This document shows, in pieces, positions 1-10,364 of a stretch of DNA of 34,441 nucleotides (positions within the stretch are counted from its first letter, which is position 1; each line of letters begins with the position of its first letter). The notes under the pieces are model-generated. The model made no database searches. It saw only the letters and a program-made list of their open reading frames with translations, and was not told the DNA's origin. This DNA is from Candidatus Scatosoma sp. Lineage in GTDB: Bacteria; Bacillota; Clostridia; Christensenellales; Borkfalkiaceae. Location of the stretch: assembly GCA_045639305.1 (NCBI GenBank), contig JAZUCW010000083.1, forward strand, positions 1 through 34,441. The letters run 5' to 3'. A program made the translations under genes and the position numbers.

Positions 1-789
1 GATTTCGCATTTGGAACGGATAATGATACCGCCTTGCCCCGTTCTGTACGCGTTTTTAATCCCGCTTCTGCCCATAATGATACCGCCCGTAGGGAAATCG
101 GGCGCAGGGATATATTCCATCAGCTCGTCTACCGTGATTTCGGGGTTGTCGATCATGGCGATCGTACCGTCGATGACTTCGGCGAGGTTATGGGGCGGGA
201 TATTCGTCGCCATACCGACGGCGATACCGTCCGAACCGTTGACGAGCAGGTTGGGATATCTTGCAGGCAATACGGTGGGTTCTTCCTCGCTTCCATCGAA
301 GTTGGGAATAAAATCAACCGTTTCCTTGTCCAAATCTTTCAGCATTTCCGCCGCCAGCTTGGTAAGACGGGCTTCGGTATAACGCATTGCAGCCGCCGAG
401 TCGCCGTCCACACTGCCGAAGTTGCCGTGGCCGTCTACCAACGGGAAGCTGATGGTGAATTCTTGCGCCAAACGTACGAGCGCGTCGTACACAGAGCTGT
501 CGCCGTGGGGATGGAATTTACCCATACAGTCCCCGACGATACGCGCGCATTTTCTGTACGCTTTGTCGTTATAAAGACCCATTTCGTGCATCGAATACAG
601 AATTCTTCTGTGTACGGGTTTTAACCCGTCGCGCACGTCGGGAATCGCGCGGGATTTGTTTACCGCCATAGCGTAGGCAATAAACGAACGCTTTAACTCG
701 TCGTCGACCTCGACGTCGAGCATTTTCGTCATCGCGAGCGTCTTTTTAAATTCCTCGGTTAATTCGGGACTGGTTTCTTTTTTAGCCAT
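1..789 (-). CDS. gyrA: DNA gyrase subunit A, N-terminal 263 codons (rest runs off the left window edge)
   Basis: Absent from the ORF track because it is open at the window edge. Reverse-strand ATG at 789 is preceded by AAGGAG with an 8-nt spacer. My translation reads [14 protein letters not shown]...[38 protein letters not shown]...[22 protein letters not shown]...[20 protein letters not shown]...[24 protein letters not shown]. These are the canonical GyrA N-terminal motifs, including the catalytic-Tyr segment AAMRYTE. It lies directly downstream of gyrB. Confidence 0.93.
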   Translation of the reverse strand, partial: MAKKETSPELTEEFKKTLAMTKMLDVEVDDELKRSFIAYAMAVNKSRAIPDVRDGLKPVHRRILYSMHEMGLYNDKAYRKCARIVGDCMGKFHPHGDSSVYDALVRLAQEFTISFPLVDGHGNFGSVDGDSAAAMRYTEARLTKLAAEMLKDLDKETVDFIPNFDGSEEEPTVLPARYPNLLVNGSDGIAVGMATNIPPHNLAEVIDGTIAMIDNPEITVDELMEYIPAPDFPTGGIIMGRSGIKNAYRTGQGGIIIRSKCEI

Positions 790-816
790 GGTGCTTTCTC
801 CTTAATTTTCTAATGC

Positions 817-971
817 GGCAACGTGCCGTTGGAATTCGGAATTCGGAGTTCGGAATTCGGAATTCGGAATTGTGGTAGAATTTAAAATTTGGAATTCGGA
901 GTTCGGAATTCGGGATTGTGGTAGAATTTAAAACGACCGAGTAGTTACACGAAACGGGCAACGTGCCGTTG
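817..971. repeat. 15-nt direct repeat GGCAACGTGCCGTTG flanking the heptad block (817..831 and 957..971)
   Basis: Exact 15-mer at both positions. Each copy contains the small hairpin GGCA-ACG-TGCC. Confidence 0.85.
831..933. repeat. Tandem repeat block in the gyrB-gyrA spacer: GGAATTC heptads nested in a roughly 43-50-bp duplicated unit
   Basis: Six heptads at 831..872 (GGAATTC, GGAATTC, GGAGTTC, GGAATTC, GGAATTC, GGAATTG) are followed by TGGTAGAATTTAAAA. Four heptads at 891..918 are followed by the identical TGGTAGAATTTAAAA. Unit A is 838..887 and unit B is 891..933. Confidence 0.9.
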
Positions 972-1049
972 CAGCAAGATAATCTTGCAGCTAGTCTTAT
1001 CTATCGTTCCTTTGTTCTACGACGTTACCGAGTAGTTACACGAAACGGG
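936..1049. repeat. 23-nt direct repeat ACCGAGTAGTTACACGAAACGGG (936..958 and 1027..1049)
   Basis: Exact 23-mer, present twice and 91 nt apart within the same spacer. Confidence 0.9.
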
Positions 1050-1163
1050 TTAGATACGAGCAAGACGAGGAGAAGTGAGTACCCCGACAGGAGCGTACAT
1101 AGACGTACGTGACTGAGGGGCACGGAACTTCGACGACGTATTGCGACGTAGATAAACCGTTTC

Positions 1164-3158
<1,995 letters not shown>

Positions 3159-3163
3159 CTACC

Positions 3164-3192
3164 ATTATATCATACTTTTTTTCAAAAGTACA
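3164..3192 (-). promoter_or_regulatory. Putative sigma-A promoter for gyrB (extended -10 TGATATAAT, weak -35 TGTACT)
   Basis: The reverse strand reads TGTACT-17nt-TATAAT with TG at -15/-14, about 85 nt upstream of the gyrB ATG. The leader holds an AT-rich hairpin (about 3117..3148: TTTCCCTTTTT / AAAAAGGGAAA). Confidence 0.4.
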
Positions 3193-3342
3193 GCGTTTGA
3201 ACGAACTTTTTCACCCTTCCCTCTTATTTTTTGTCTTTTTGCCCGTCTTTTCCCCTTAAAACACAAGCTTTATTTTGTTTTGACTAAGAATACGGCGGCG
3301 AGATTTTCACGCGAAAACGGGGCTTTTTTGGTCTTATCCTCA

Positions 3343-3375
3343 CAAAAGAAAAAACCCGACGCCAATCGATGTCGG
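3343..3375 (-). terminator. Possible rho-independent terminator after dus
   Basis: The reverse strand reads CCGAC-ATCGATTGGC-GTCGG followed by GTTTTTTCTTTTG, about 20 nt after the dus stop. The stem is short (5 bp), so confidence is moderate. Confidence 0.5.
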
Positions 3376-3396
3376 ATAAAAAATCTTTTTTTCTTT

Positions 3397-4341
3397 TTAT
3401 AAACCCTCGAACGCTTCCGTTGCAATCGTCCAAACTTCATCGGGGCTGTTCGCTTTAAAGAGTCTATCCTTAAACGCCGCCGCGCCTCGCACCCCTTTTA
3501 AGTAAAACGCCGCCATCTTGCGCATAAACACGGTCGTAAACCGTTCGTCGCATACCTGCCTAGTCCATTTTAATTGTTTTTCGAACATGGACAGTTTGCT
3601 CTCCGTCGGCGTATCCGTCAAGGCGCAAAAGATTTGCGGATCGAAAAGCGCCGCGCGCGCCACCATCACGCCGTCCGCACCCGTTTCGCTTAACAATTTT
3701 TCAGCGTCCGCGTTGGAAAACACGCCGCCGTTGGCAATTACGGGGATTTTCACCGCGCGTTTCGCCGCCGCTATCTGCGCAAAATTCACTTCGCCCGCGT
3801 ATACTTTGTCTTTCGTTCTGCCGTGGACGGTAATCAAGCTTGCGCCCGCCCCTTCCATACGCTTGGCAAACTCCGCCGTTATCAGTTTTTCTTCCGTGAT
3901 CCCGATACGGAATTTCACCGTAATCACCTTGCCGCTTTTCACACATTCCTTGACGATTTTTTCGGCAAGGGCAGGATTTTCGAGAAGCGCGCTCCCCTCG
4001 CCGTTCTTATAAATTTTCGGCACAGGGCACCCCATATTGATATCGATAATCTTAAAAGGCGCAAGGGCGGAATTTTCACACGCCGCGCGCATATTTTCCG
4101 GCTCGCTGCCAAAAATCTGCGCCGCACACGCCCCCTCGTTTTCGTCGGTAAAAAGCAGGGATTTCGTGTTTTCGCTGTCGTACTTCAAGCCCTTTGCACT
4201 GACCATTTCCGTGTAACAAAGCCCTGCGCCGTAGTCCGCACAAAGCCGCCGCATCGCATAGTTCGTATACCCCGCAAGCGGCGCTAAAAATACGTTGTTT
4301 TTTATCGGGATATTCCCTATCGTTATCGGCGTTAAACGCAT
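3397..4341 (-). CDS. dus: tRNA-dihydrouridine synthase (DusB-like, TIM-barrel flavoenzyme)
   Basis: The 314-aa translation shows NNVFLAPLAGYTNYAMRRL...YTEMVSAKGL...IDINMGCPVPK...ITVKFRIG...ITVHGRT...IPVIANGG, the typical Dus family pattern with the catalytic Cys in GCP. Confidence 0.9.
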   Translation of the reverse strand: MRLTPITIGNIPIKNNVFLAPLAGYTNYAMRRLCADYGAGLCYTEMVSAKGLKYDSENTKSLLFTDENEGACAAQIFGSEPENMRAACENSALAPFKIIDINMGCPVPKIYKNGEGSALLENPALAEKIVKECVKSGKVITVKFRIGITEEKLITAEFAKRMEGAGASLITVHGRTKDKVYAGEVNFAQIAAAKRAVKIPVIANGGVFSNADAEKLLSETGADGVMVARAALFDPQIFCALTDTPTESKLSMFEKQLKWTRQVCDERFTTVFMRKMAAFYLKGVRGAAAFKDRLFKANSPDEVWTIATEAFEGL

Positions 4342-4401
4342 ACATGCCCCCCCGTGGTTTAAGTAATAAGTAATAGGTAATAGTGAAAAAGTGAGGAGGA
4401 A

Positions 4402-5838
4402 TTAAAGTTTCAATTCTGCTTTGGCGGAAAGGTAGTATTCGTCCCACTCCGCCTCGGAAAGCTTCGTTACGTCTTTTCCCTCCCGTAAGGCTTTTTCTTC
4501 CGCCAAAGTAAAGCGTTTTGCAAACCTCTCTACGCTCTCTTTCAACGCTTTTTCCGTGTCGCACCCCGATTTTCTGCCCACGTTGACGACGGCAAACAGC
4601 AAATCGCCAAGCTCTTTTTCCGCGGCGTTTCCATCCCCGTTCCGATAGGCCTCACGCCACTCGAAAAGCTCCTCTTCCACACGCTTTGCCGCACTTTCCG
4701 CATCGGCAAAATCCATGCCTGCTTTCGCCGCGCGCTTGCCCACTTTTTGCGCGCGCATCGCCGCAGGGAAACACTTGGGAACGTCGTTGACGGCGTCGGC
4801 AAAGGTCGTTTGGTGTTTTTCGGTCATCTTATTCTTTTCCCAAACGGACAGTGCGCCGCCCTCGTCCTTTGCTTTGTCTTCGCCAAACACGTGCGTATGG
4901 CGGGAAATGAGTTTTTGACAAACCCCCGTCAAGGCGTCGGTGAGGTTAAACGCACCCGTTTCCTCTTTGATAACGGCGTGGAAAACCGCCTGCAACAACA
5001 CGTCGCCCGTCTCTTCTAATATCTTTTCGTCGTCCTCGCAATCGATGGCGTCCACAAGCTCGTACGCCTCCTCGATTGCCGACATTTTGATACTCTCGTT
5101 CGTCTGCACCCGATCCCAAGGACAGCCGTCGAGTCTGCGCAAGCGATAGAGAATTTCTTTCAAATCCCCAATCGCAAAGCGTTTTTTCTCCAAAAGCCCG
5201 ATTTCGTCAATCGCTACCGCCGAGGTGTAATCGTAGCGTTTTTGTCTGTCCAGTTCGTACAGCGCCGCTTTTTTCGCTTCGCCGCCGCAAAGGTACTGCA
5301 CGGGAATTTCGTCGCCGAACGCATCGCCAAGCAGCAGTTTTATATCCCCCGCCACGCCCTTATCGTCCATATCGTATACGATAAGCGGTAAACACAAGCC
5401 CTCCGCACTGTTTTTCTCCAACAAATCGTAGGCAGAAACCGCCGTGTACGAGCAGCTTTCAAACTTCGCCACCCGTACGAGCGAGGTTATTTTGGAAACC
5501 CCGTCCACGATTTCTATCTTACCGCGCAAGCGTTTTTGCAGGGCTTTTACCGAATAATCCTCGCTCGCCGCCCCGTCCACGAGATACACGCTATCCTCGC
5601 CGCAATCGGTTACCGCCTTGGCAAGGTTTTTCGAAAGCGTACGGAAATTTCGACTGTTTTCGTACACGCCGTCCAAGCAAACGTGGGGAACCCCCAACGC
5701 CTTTACCGTTTCGTAGGACGCCGTATGCGCCGTGCGCACGACGATTTTTCTGCCCGATTTTACCGCCGATAACAAAACTTCTTCCCCGCGTTTCGTCAAA
5801 TCGCCTCTCGCCGTTCCCAAACCGATTACCGTAATCAT
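4402..5838 (-). CDS. mazG: YabN-like fusion protein: N-terminal tetrapyrrole-methylase-like domain plus C-terminal MazG NTP pyrophosphohydrolase domain
   Basis: 478 aa. The N-terminus MITVIGLGTARGDLTKRGEEVLLSA resembles TP-methylase proteins. The C-terminal half has MazG repeats (LRRLDGCPWDRVQT..SIKMSAIEEAYELVDAI; EELGDLLFAVVNVGR). Its ATG overlaps the upstream gene stop (ATGA at 5835..5838), which suggests translational coupling. It matches the yabM-yabN order of B. subtilis. Confidence 0.85.
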   Translation of the reverse strand: MITVIGLGTARGDLTKRGEEVLLSAVKSGRKIVVRTAHTASYETVKALGVPHVCLDGVYENSRNFRTLSKNLAKAVTDCGEDSVYLVDGAASEDYSVKALQKRLRGKIEIVDGVSKITSLVRVAKFESCSYTAVSAYDLLEKNSAEGLCLPLIVYDMDDKGVAGDIKLLLGDAFGDEIPVQYLCGGEAKKAALYELDRQKRYDYTSAVAIDEIGLLEKKRFAIGDLKEILYRLRRLDGCPWDRVQTNESIKMSAIEEAYELVDAIDCEDDEKILEETGDVLLQAVFHAVIKEETGAFNLTDALTGVCQKLISRHTHVFGEDKAKDEGGALSVWEKNKMTEKHQTTFADAVNDVPKCFPAAMRAQKVGKRAAKAGMDFADAESAAKRVEEELFEWREAYRNGDGNAAEKELGDLLFAVVNVGRKSGCDTEKALKESVERFAKRFTLAEEKALREGKDVTKLSEAEWDEYYLSAKAELKL

Positions 5839-7172
5839 TTCCGTTCTCCTTTCACGCTTTTTCTGTTTACAGAAAAATTATACAATAAATTGAGAAAAAA
5901 GGCAACCAAATAACACAAATTCGTCGCATACGCCAGCCCGAAAACGGAGATTTGCGGATTTTTCAGCAACCAAACGTACACTCCCGTTTTTATCGTAACG
6001 GCAAGAAACATACTCAGCGAGGCGTACTGCGGTTTCCCCTGCGCCGTCAAACACGCCGATAAAGTCTGTACGCAGGAAAGGGTAAACGCACTGATCGCGT
6101 ACGATTTTACGAGCCGTATCAAAATCTCCAACTCCTCTCCGCTTAAACTGCGGAACACGATCCGTACCGCAGGAGAGGCGAAAAGGTATAATCCGAGCGC
6201 ACTGACCGCACCCACCGCCGCCGTGATCCCCAAAGCGAACAGAATTTTCTTTCTGCGCATGCTTGGCGGCGCGCTCGCCACACTGGGAATACTCGCCGCC
6301 GCAATCCCGTAACAAACGGACACGGGCAAGGAAATCATCGTTACCGCGCCGCCCGAAAACAAGCCGTATAAGGTAACGGCGTTGTCTGCGTACACACCCA
6401 AAAGCCTTGGCGCCAAAACGCTGTCCAAAAGGTTGGACATCGGGAAGAGTAAAGAGGAGAGCGTAACGGGAATACTCATCTTCAAAATCGTTTTCAACGC
6501 AACCCTGTCCCCGTCGTTTGCCTCTTCCTTTGGCTTTTTACGCCGATAGATACAAAACATAAATACGAGCGCCGTCACCTCGGATAAAGAGACGGCAAGC
6601 AATAAAAATACGACCGCCTTTTCCACACTCGCACGGAAAATATAGGCAAATAAAAGCCCAAAGCCCACCTTGACGAGCTGTTCTAAAATTTCCGACAGCG
6701 CCGTCGGCGACATCTCGTTTCTGCCCTGAAACCAGCCCCGAAAAACGGAGATTGCCGAAACCAAAACCACGGCGGGAGCAAGAGCGTAATACCCGCCGAC
6801 CACTTCTTTGCTGCCCTGCGCAGCAGACAAAAGCGGGGCTATCAACGCCAACAATACCGAGCCGACAAGTCCGATTAAAACGAACAGTTTCATCGCCCGC
6901 AAAAAAAGCGGACGGGTCGATTGATTTTTGCCGATGCGCTCCGCCGTTAGCTTGGCAATCGAGGAAGGAATCCCCGTAGCGGAAACGGTCAGCAAAAGAC
7001 AATAGGCAGGGTATATCATTTGGTATAATCCAAGCCCCCGCCCGCCGATAAGATTCGTCAAAGGAATACGATACACCGCCCCGATAATTTTTGCAATAAA
7101 CCCGCCTGCGGCGATCCATACCGCACCCTTAATAAACCCTACCCTGCCCCCGTTCTTTTTTCGTGATTCCAT
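5835..7172 (-). CDS. MOP-superfamily polysaccharide/lipid-II flippase-like membrane protein (SpoVB / YabM / MurJ-like)
   Basis: 445 aa and multi-pass hydrophobic. The N-terminal signature is GAVWIAAGGFIAKIIGAVYRIPLTNLIGGRGLGLYQMIYPAY, typical of SpoVB/YabM-type flippases. It is shorter than the usual 500+ aa of that family. Confidence 0.75.
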   Translation of the reverse strand: MESRKKNGGRVGFIKGAVWIAAGGFIAKIIGAVYRIPLTNLIGGRGLGLYQMIYPAYCLLLTVSATGIPSSIAKLTAERIGKNQSTRPLFLRAMKLFVLIGLVGSVLLALIAPLLSAAQGSKEVVGGYYALAPAVVLVSAISVFRGWFQGRNEMSPTALSEILEQLVKVGFGLLFAYIFRASVEKAVVFLLLAVSLSEVTALVFMFCIYRRKKPKEEANDGDRVALKTILKMSIPVTLSSLLFPMSNLLDSVLAPRLLGVYADNAVTLYGLFSGGAVTMISLPVSVCYGIAAASIPSVASAPPSMRRKKILFALGITAAVGAVSALGLYLFASPAVRIVFRSLSGEELEILIRLVKSYAISAFTLSCVQTLSACLTAQGKPQYASLSMFLAVTIKTGVYVWLLKNPQISVFGLAYATNLCYLVAFFLNLLYNFSVNRKSVKGERK

Positions 7173-7217
7173 ACCTGCCCCCTTCTTTTTCAGTTTGTTT
7201 AAAGGCGGGCTTTTTTA

Positions 7218-7246
7218 TTGACATTTGCAAGGAAAAGTGCTACACT
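7218..7246 (+). promoter_or_regulatory. Sigma-A promoter for the mutarotase gene (TTGACA-17-TACACT, TG-extended)
   Basis: TTGACA at 7218..7223, a 17-nt spacer ending in TGC, and TACACT at 7241..7246. AAGGAGG lies just upstream of the ATG at 7272. Confidence 0.65.
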
Positions 7247-7271
7247 AAATAAAAAATAAAGGAGGCGCTCT

Positions 7272-7589
7272 ATGGAAAAATACGCTTGGAGTGCGAAAAT
7301 TAAAGAAGGCAAAAAGGACGAATATATCCGCCGCCACAACGAAATCTGGCCCGAACTCGTCAAGGTTTTAAAAGATGCAGGAATTTGCAATTATACCATT
7401 TGGGCGGAGGGCAATACGCTGTTTGGCTATTACGAATGTGAAAAAGGCGTCGAATTTGCCGCAAAAGCGCAGGCAAATAGCCCCGTCGTGGAGAAATGGA
7501 ACGAATATATGAAAGACGTAATGGATATGACGCTCGACCCCGAAACGGGCGCGCAGCCGAAACTCGTCAAAGTCTTTACCCTCGACTAA
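7272..7589 (+). CDS. rhaM: L-rhamnose mutarotase family protein (RhaM/DUF718-like)
   Basis: 105 aa. MEKYAWSAKIKEGKKDEYIRRHNEIWPELVKVLKDAGICNYTIW...LFGYYE matches the length and N-terminal pattern of RhaM-family ferredoxin-like mutarotases. It has a strong RBS. Confidence 0.75.
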   Translation: MEKYAWSAKIKEGKKDEYIRRHNEIWPELVKVLKDAGICNYTIWAEGNTLFGYYECEKGVEFAAKAQANSPVVEKWNEYMKDVMDMTLDPETGAQPKLVKVFTLD

Positions 7590-7610
7590 TTTCGCAATTT
7601 TTTGCAAAGA

Positions 7611-7640
7611 AAAAGCTTTCCGTTTGGAAAGCTTTTTTCG
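7611..7640. terminator. Bidirectional rho-independent terminator between rhaM and the fucosidase gene
   Basis: AAAGCTTTCC-GTTT-GGAAAGCTTT is a perfect 10-bp stem flanked by an A-run upstream and a T-run downstream. It lies between convergent genes. Confidence 0.8.
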
Positions 7641-7652
7641 TTTTTTCGCTCG

Positions 7653-8855
7653 TTATTTTAACTCGAAACGGGCAACCCGCAAATTGCGGCTGGTTCCGTA
7701 TTGGAAGGGTTTTGCTTTAAACACGCCGTTCTCCTCTTGGCTGACGAGTTCGTTCGTGTCCAACCAACGCAAGTTCTTTATCTTCTTGTCCGTTTTGATT
7801 TTTACCGTACATACCCGCCCTGCCATCGCTACGTTGGGATCGGACGCCATCGCTACGTCGCTTATAATCGCGTAATAATATTTTCCGTCCGTACCGATTT
7901 TTGCGTTTTCCGCCTCGATATCCGCCCCGCGGAGATTGTAAATAAACTTCTTGTTGGCGCGAATCCAGTTCCCGATTTCCATAAACATCGCTTTGTCCAT
8001 ATCGCGGATTTTTCCGTCGCCCATCGGTCCGACGTTTAACAAGAAATTGCAGTTGTACAAACGGCAGTCCACGAGGTCGTTTAAAAGCGAGGGTATCGTC
8101 TTATAGTTCATATCCTCTTTCGCATAACCCCAATGGTCGTTAAGAACCTGACACATCTCGCCCGCGCGGATTTTGTCCGATTGGTCGACTTTCGTGGGCT
8201 TTCCTCTTTCAAAAGTTACGCTGTCGATTTCAAAATGCCCCACTTTTCCGAGCGCGGACAAGCCCGTGTTGTTGATAATCATCGCGTCGGGTTGATAACG
8301 GCGAATTAAGGCATACAGCTTATCAAACTCCCAATTCTCGTCCTTTTTATCCCACCAACCGTCAAACCAAAGTCCGCCGATTTTGCCGTAGTTTTTACAC
8401 AAAATCTCGACGCTCGCCCGCAAATATTCGAGGTATTTGGGGAAATTTTCTTTATAATCGGGGTGATGCCAATCCAGCAGGGTATGATAGAAGAAGGGAA
8501 CGATTCCTTGACGGTTACACTCGTCCACGAACTCTTTGACAAGGTCTCTGCCCGTAGGGGAATGGGGAGCGTCAAATTCGTTCAACCCGCAGGTGTCAAA
8601 CAGGGAAAACCCCTCGTGATGACGGGTGGTCAGCGTGATGTACTTCGCGCCCGCTTTTTTTGCCGTGGATACCAATTCCTTTGCCCACGTCTTCTTTACC
8701 TTGAATTTGTCGAAAAGCTTTACGTATTCTTGCATAGCAATCCCGTGCGCGAAGCAATACCATTCGCCCTTGCCCGCCACGCTGAACAAACCGAAATGCA
8801 CGAACATACCCATACCAAGCTTTTCAAAGTTTTCTATCCGTTGTAATTTTTCCAT
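7653..8855 (-). CDS. Alpha-L-fucosidase, glycoside hydrolase family 29 (no signal peptide, so predicted cytoplasmic)
   Basis: Translation shows FGMGMFVHFGLFS...GEWY...AKKAGAKYITLTTRHHEGFSLFDT...FYHTLLDWHHPDY...GGLWFDGWW, the GH29 pattern. The start is moved to ATG 8855 (MEKLQRIENF), which has GAGGTGG upstream. Confidence 0.88.
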   Translation of the reverse strand: MEKLQRIENFEKLGMGMFVHFGLFSVAGKGEWYCFAHGIAMQEYVKLFDKFKVKKTWAKELVSTAKKAGAKYITLTTRHHEGFSLFDTCGLNEFDAPHSPTGRDLVKEFVDECNRQGIVPFFYHTLLDWHHPDYKENFPKYLEYLRASVEILCKNYGKIGGLWFDGWWDKKDENWEFDKLYALIRRYQPDAMIINNTGLSALGKVGHFEIDSVTFERGKPTKVDQSDKIRAGEMCQVLNDHWGYAKEDMNYKTIPSLLNDLVDCRLYNCNFLLNVGPMGDGKIRDMDKAMFMEIGNWIRANKKFIYNLRGADIEAENAKIGTDGKYYYAIISDVAMASDPNVAMAGRVCTVKIKTDKKIKNLRWLDTNELVSQEENGVFKAKPFQYGTSRNLRVARFELK

Positions 8856-8892
8856 CTTTCCACCTCGCGTTTGATAAGATTTTCTTTCCCTC

Positions 8893-8921
8893 ATTATACC
8901 CGCTTTCCCTTGAAATTGCAA
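8893..8921 (-). promoter_or_regulatory. Sigma-A promoter for the fucosidase gene (TTGCAA-17-TATAAT)
   Basis: The reverse strand reads TTGCAA-TTTCAAGGGAAAGCGGG-TATAAT, about 35 nt upstream of the ATG at 8855. Confidence 0.6.
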
Positions 8922-9023
8922 GCCTTTGCGCAAAATTTTTTTCTCTGTTTTTTATTTTTGTTGTTTACCGTGAAACATATAGAAAATATATAGATTTTGA
9001 CGCGGATTTAACGACTTTTGGTA

Positions 9024-9052
9024 TTGCTATTTTGGAATAAGTATGGTATACT
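9024..9052 (+). promoter_or_regulatory. Sigma-A promoter for phosphatase lipoprotein 1 (TTGCTA-17-TATACT, TG-extended)
   Basis: TTGCTA at 9024..9029, a 17-nt spacer ending in TGG, and TATACT at 9047..9052. Confidence 0.6.
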
Positions 9053-9074
9053 TTCCTTGCAGGAGGGTGTATAC

Positions 9075-10223
9075 GTGAAAAAGAACTTTTTTAAATCTGC
9101 CTTATCCCTTATTTTGTGTATAGGCATGGCGTTTATGGTTACTGCGTGCGAAAAGGAGAACGAAGAAATGAAAGACAACGGACTTAATGTCAGCCAGTTT
9201 ACTCAGCCCGTGGCTTTGGTAGACGAATCGGTTTTAACGTACGTAAACCTCCCCTCGTCCGTGCTCGTTTCCAATATCGTGCGTTCGTTAGGAAACGAAG
9301 TTCGGCAAGACAAGGGGTTGCCCGTAACGATCGAATACGATTTGGATAAAGATATCGTCCGTGCAAACGTCTCCACGGCAAAGGTAAAAATTTCGGAAAA
9401 TAAAGATTTGTCTGGCGCGCGCTCCGTTTTTTTTGAGGAAGGGGAATCCGTAGACGTATACAACCTCAAAACCGGGAAGAAATATTACTTTCAGGTAACC
9501 GTAAAACTGACCGACGGCTCTTCCTTGACGGAAAACGGCGAGTTTGAAACGGTCGCTTCCCCCCGTTTTATGAACGTAGAGGGCACGAATAACGTAAGGG
9601 ACGTCGGCGGCTGGGCAACGGAAAGCGGAAAGACAATTAAACAAGGGCTTTTGTATCGCGGCAGCGAAATTGACGGCGGGAAAAATACGGGTCATGCGGA
9701 TTTTTGTTTGACGGAAAAGGGCATCCAAACGATGCGCCAAGACTTGAACATCAAAACTGATATGGATTTGCGTTCGGAAAGCAACAAAACCTCCGAACAC
9801 AGCATTTTGGGCGAGGACGTTTCCCGTACTTTCTACGACGCGGCACACTATCAAAGCGCATTGAACGCCAAGGGGAAAATAGCGGCTATTTTCTCCGATC
9901 TTGCAAACCCCGACGCGTACCCCGTCTACCTGCACTGCACGCACGGCGTAGACCGCGCGGGTACGACCATCTTGCTTTTAGAAGGGTTGCTCGGCGTGGC
10001 AAAGCAAGACCTTGTCCGCGATTACGAGCTGTCCGCATTCTATTATAATTACCGCCACGTAAACAGAGACTTTGAAAACGGCGGCAACGTTTTAGACCTT
10101 TTGGAAAGGCTGGAAAGAAGCTACGAGGGCGAAACGCTTTCTCAAAAAATCGAAAATTTCCTGCTCTCTGCGGGGGTAACTGCCGACGAGATTGCCTCGA
10201 TTCGCTCGATTTTCTTAAGTTAA
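9075..10223 (+). CDS. Exported lipoprotein with an Fn3/PAP-N-like domain and a C-terminal Cys-based protein-tyrosine-phosphatase-like domain (Y_phosphatase3-like), paralogue 1
   Basis: GTG at 9075 lies 7 nt after AGGAGGG. The signal peptide plus lipobox reads VKKNFFKSALSLILCIGMAFMVTAC. The middle region carries the beta-sandwich-like motif KKYYFQVTV. The P-loop HCTHGVDRAGT (nt 9933..9965) fits the CX5R PTP signature. Confidence 0.8.
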   Translation: MKKNFFKSALSLILCIGMAFMVTACEKENEEMKDNGLNVSQFTQPVALVDESVLTYVNLPSSVLVSNIVRSLGNEVRQDKGLPVTIEYDLDKDIVRANVSTAKVKISENKDLSGARSVFFEEGESVDVYNLKTGKKYYFQVTVKLTDGSSLTENGEFETVASPRFMNVEGTNNVRDVGGWATESGKTIKQGLLYRGSEIDGGKNTGHADFCLTEKGIQTMRQDLNIKTDMDLRSESNKTSEHSILGEDVSRTFYDAAHYQSALNAKGKIAAIFSDLANPDAYPVYLHCTHGVDRAGTTILLLEGLLGVAKQDLVRDYELSAFYYNYRHVNRDFENGGNVLDLLERLERSYEGETLSQKIENFLLSAGVTADEIASIRSIFLS

Positions 10224-10240
10224 AATTTGCAACTTTTCTT

Positions 10241-10274
10241 CCCCCTAGCCAAGGCTTTGGTTAGGGGGCTTTTG
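10241..10274 (+). terminator. Rho-independent terminator after paralogue 1
   Basis: CCCCCTAGCCAA-GGCT-TTGGTTAGGGGG (one G:U pair) followed by CTTTTG. Confidence 0.75.
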
Positions 10275-10306
10275 CACCACACGAACCAGTTTTTTAAAAA
10301 AAAGTA

Positions 10307-10335
10307 TTGACTTTTTATTTACTGGATTTTATAAT
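10307..10335 (+). promoter_or_regulatory. Sigma-A promoter for phosphatase lipoprotein 2 (TTGACT-17-TATAAT)
   Basis: TTGACT at 10307..10312, a 17-nt spacer, and TATAAT at 10330..10335. Confidence 0.7.
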
Positions 10336-10364
10336 GAAACTATACTATAATAATGAGGTACGTT

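Noticed and set aside
11-624. Plus-strand ORFs 11..382 and 34..624
   Set aside because: They are antisense to the edge-truncated gyrA reading frame, whose translation carries all the GyrA N-terminal motifs.
831-933. Possible CRISPR array or minisatellite-encoded peptide in the GGAATTC repeat block
   Set aside because: The repeat units are 7 bp with no unique spacers of 25-40 bp, and there are no cas genes. No ORF in the supplied track spans the block. I keep it as a tandem repeat only.
4362-4383. Three tandem GTAATAR heptads in the mazG-dus spacer
   Set aside because: The block is very short and AT-rich, with no partner elsewhere in the window. It is likely trivial slippage and too weak to interpret.
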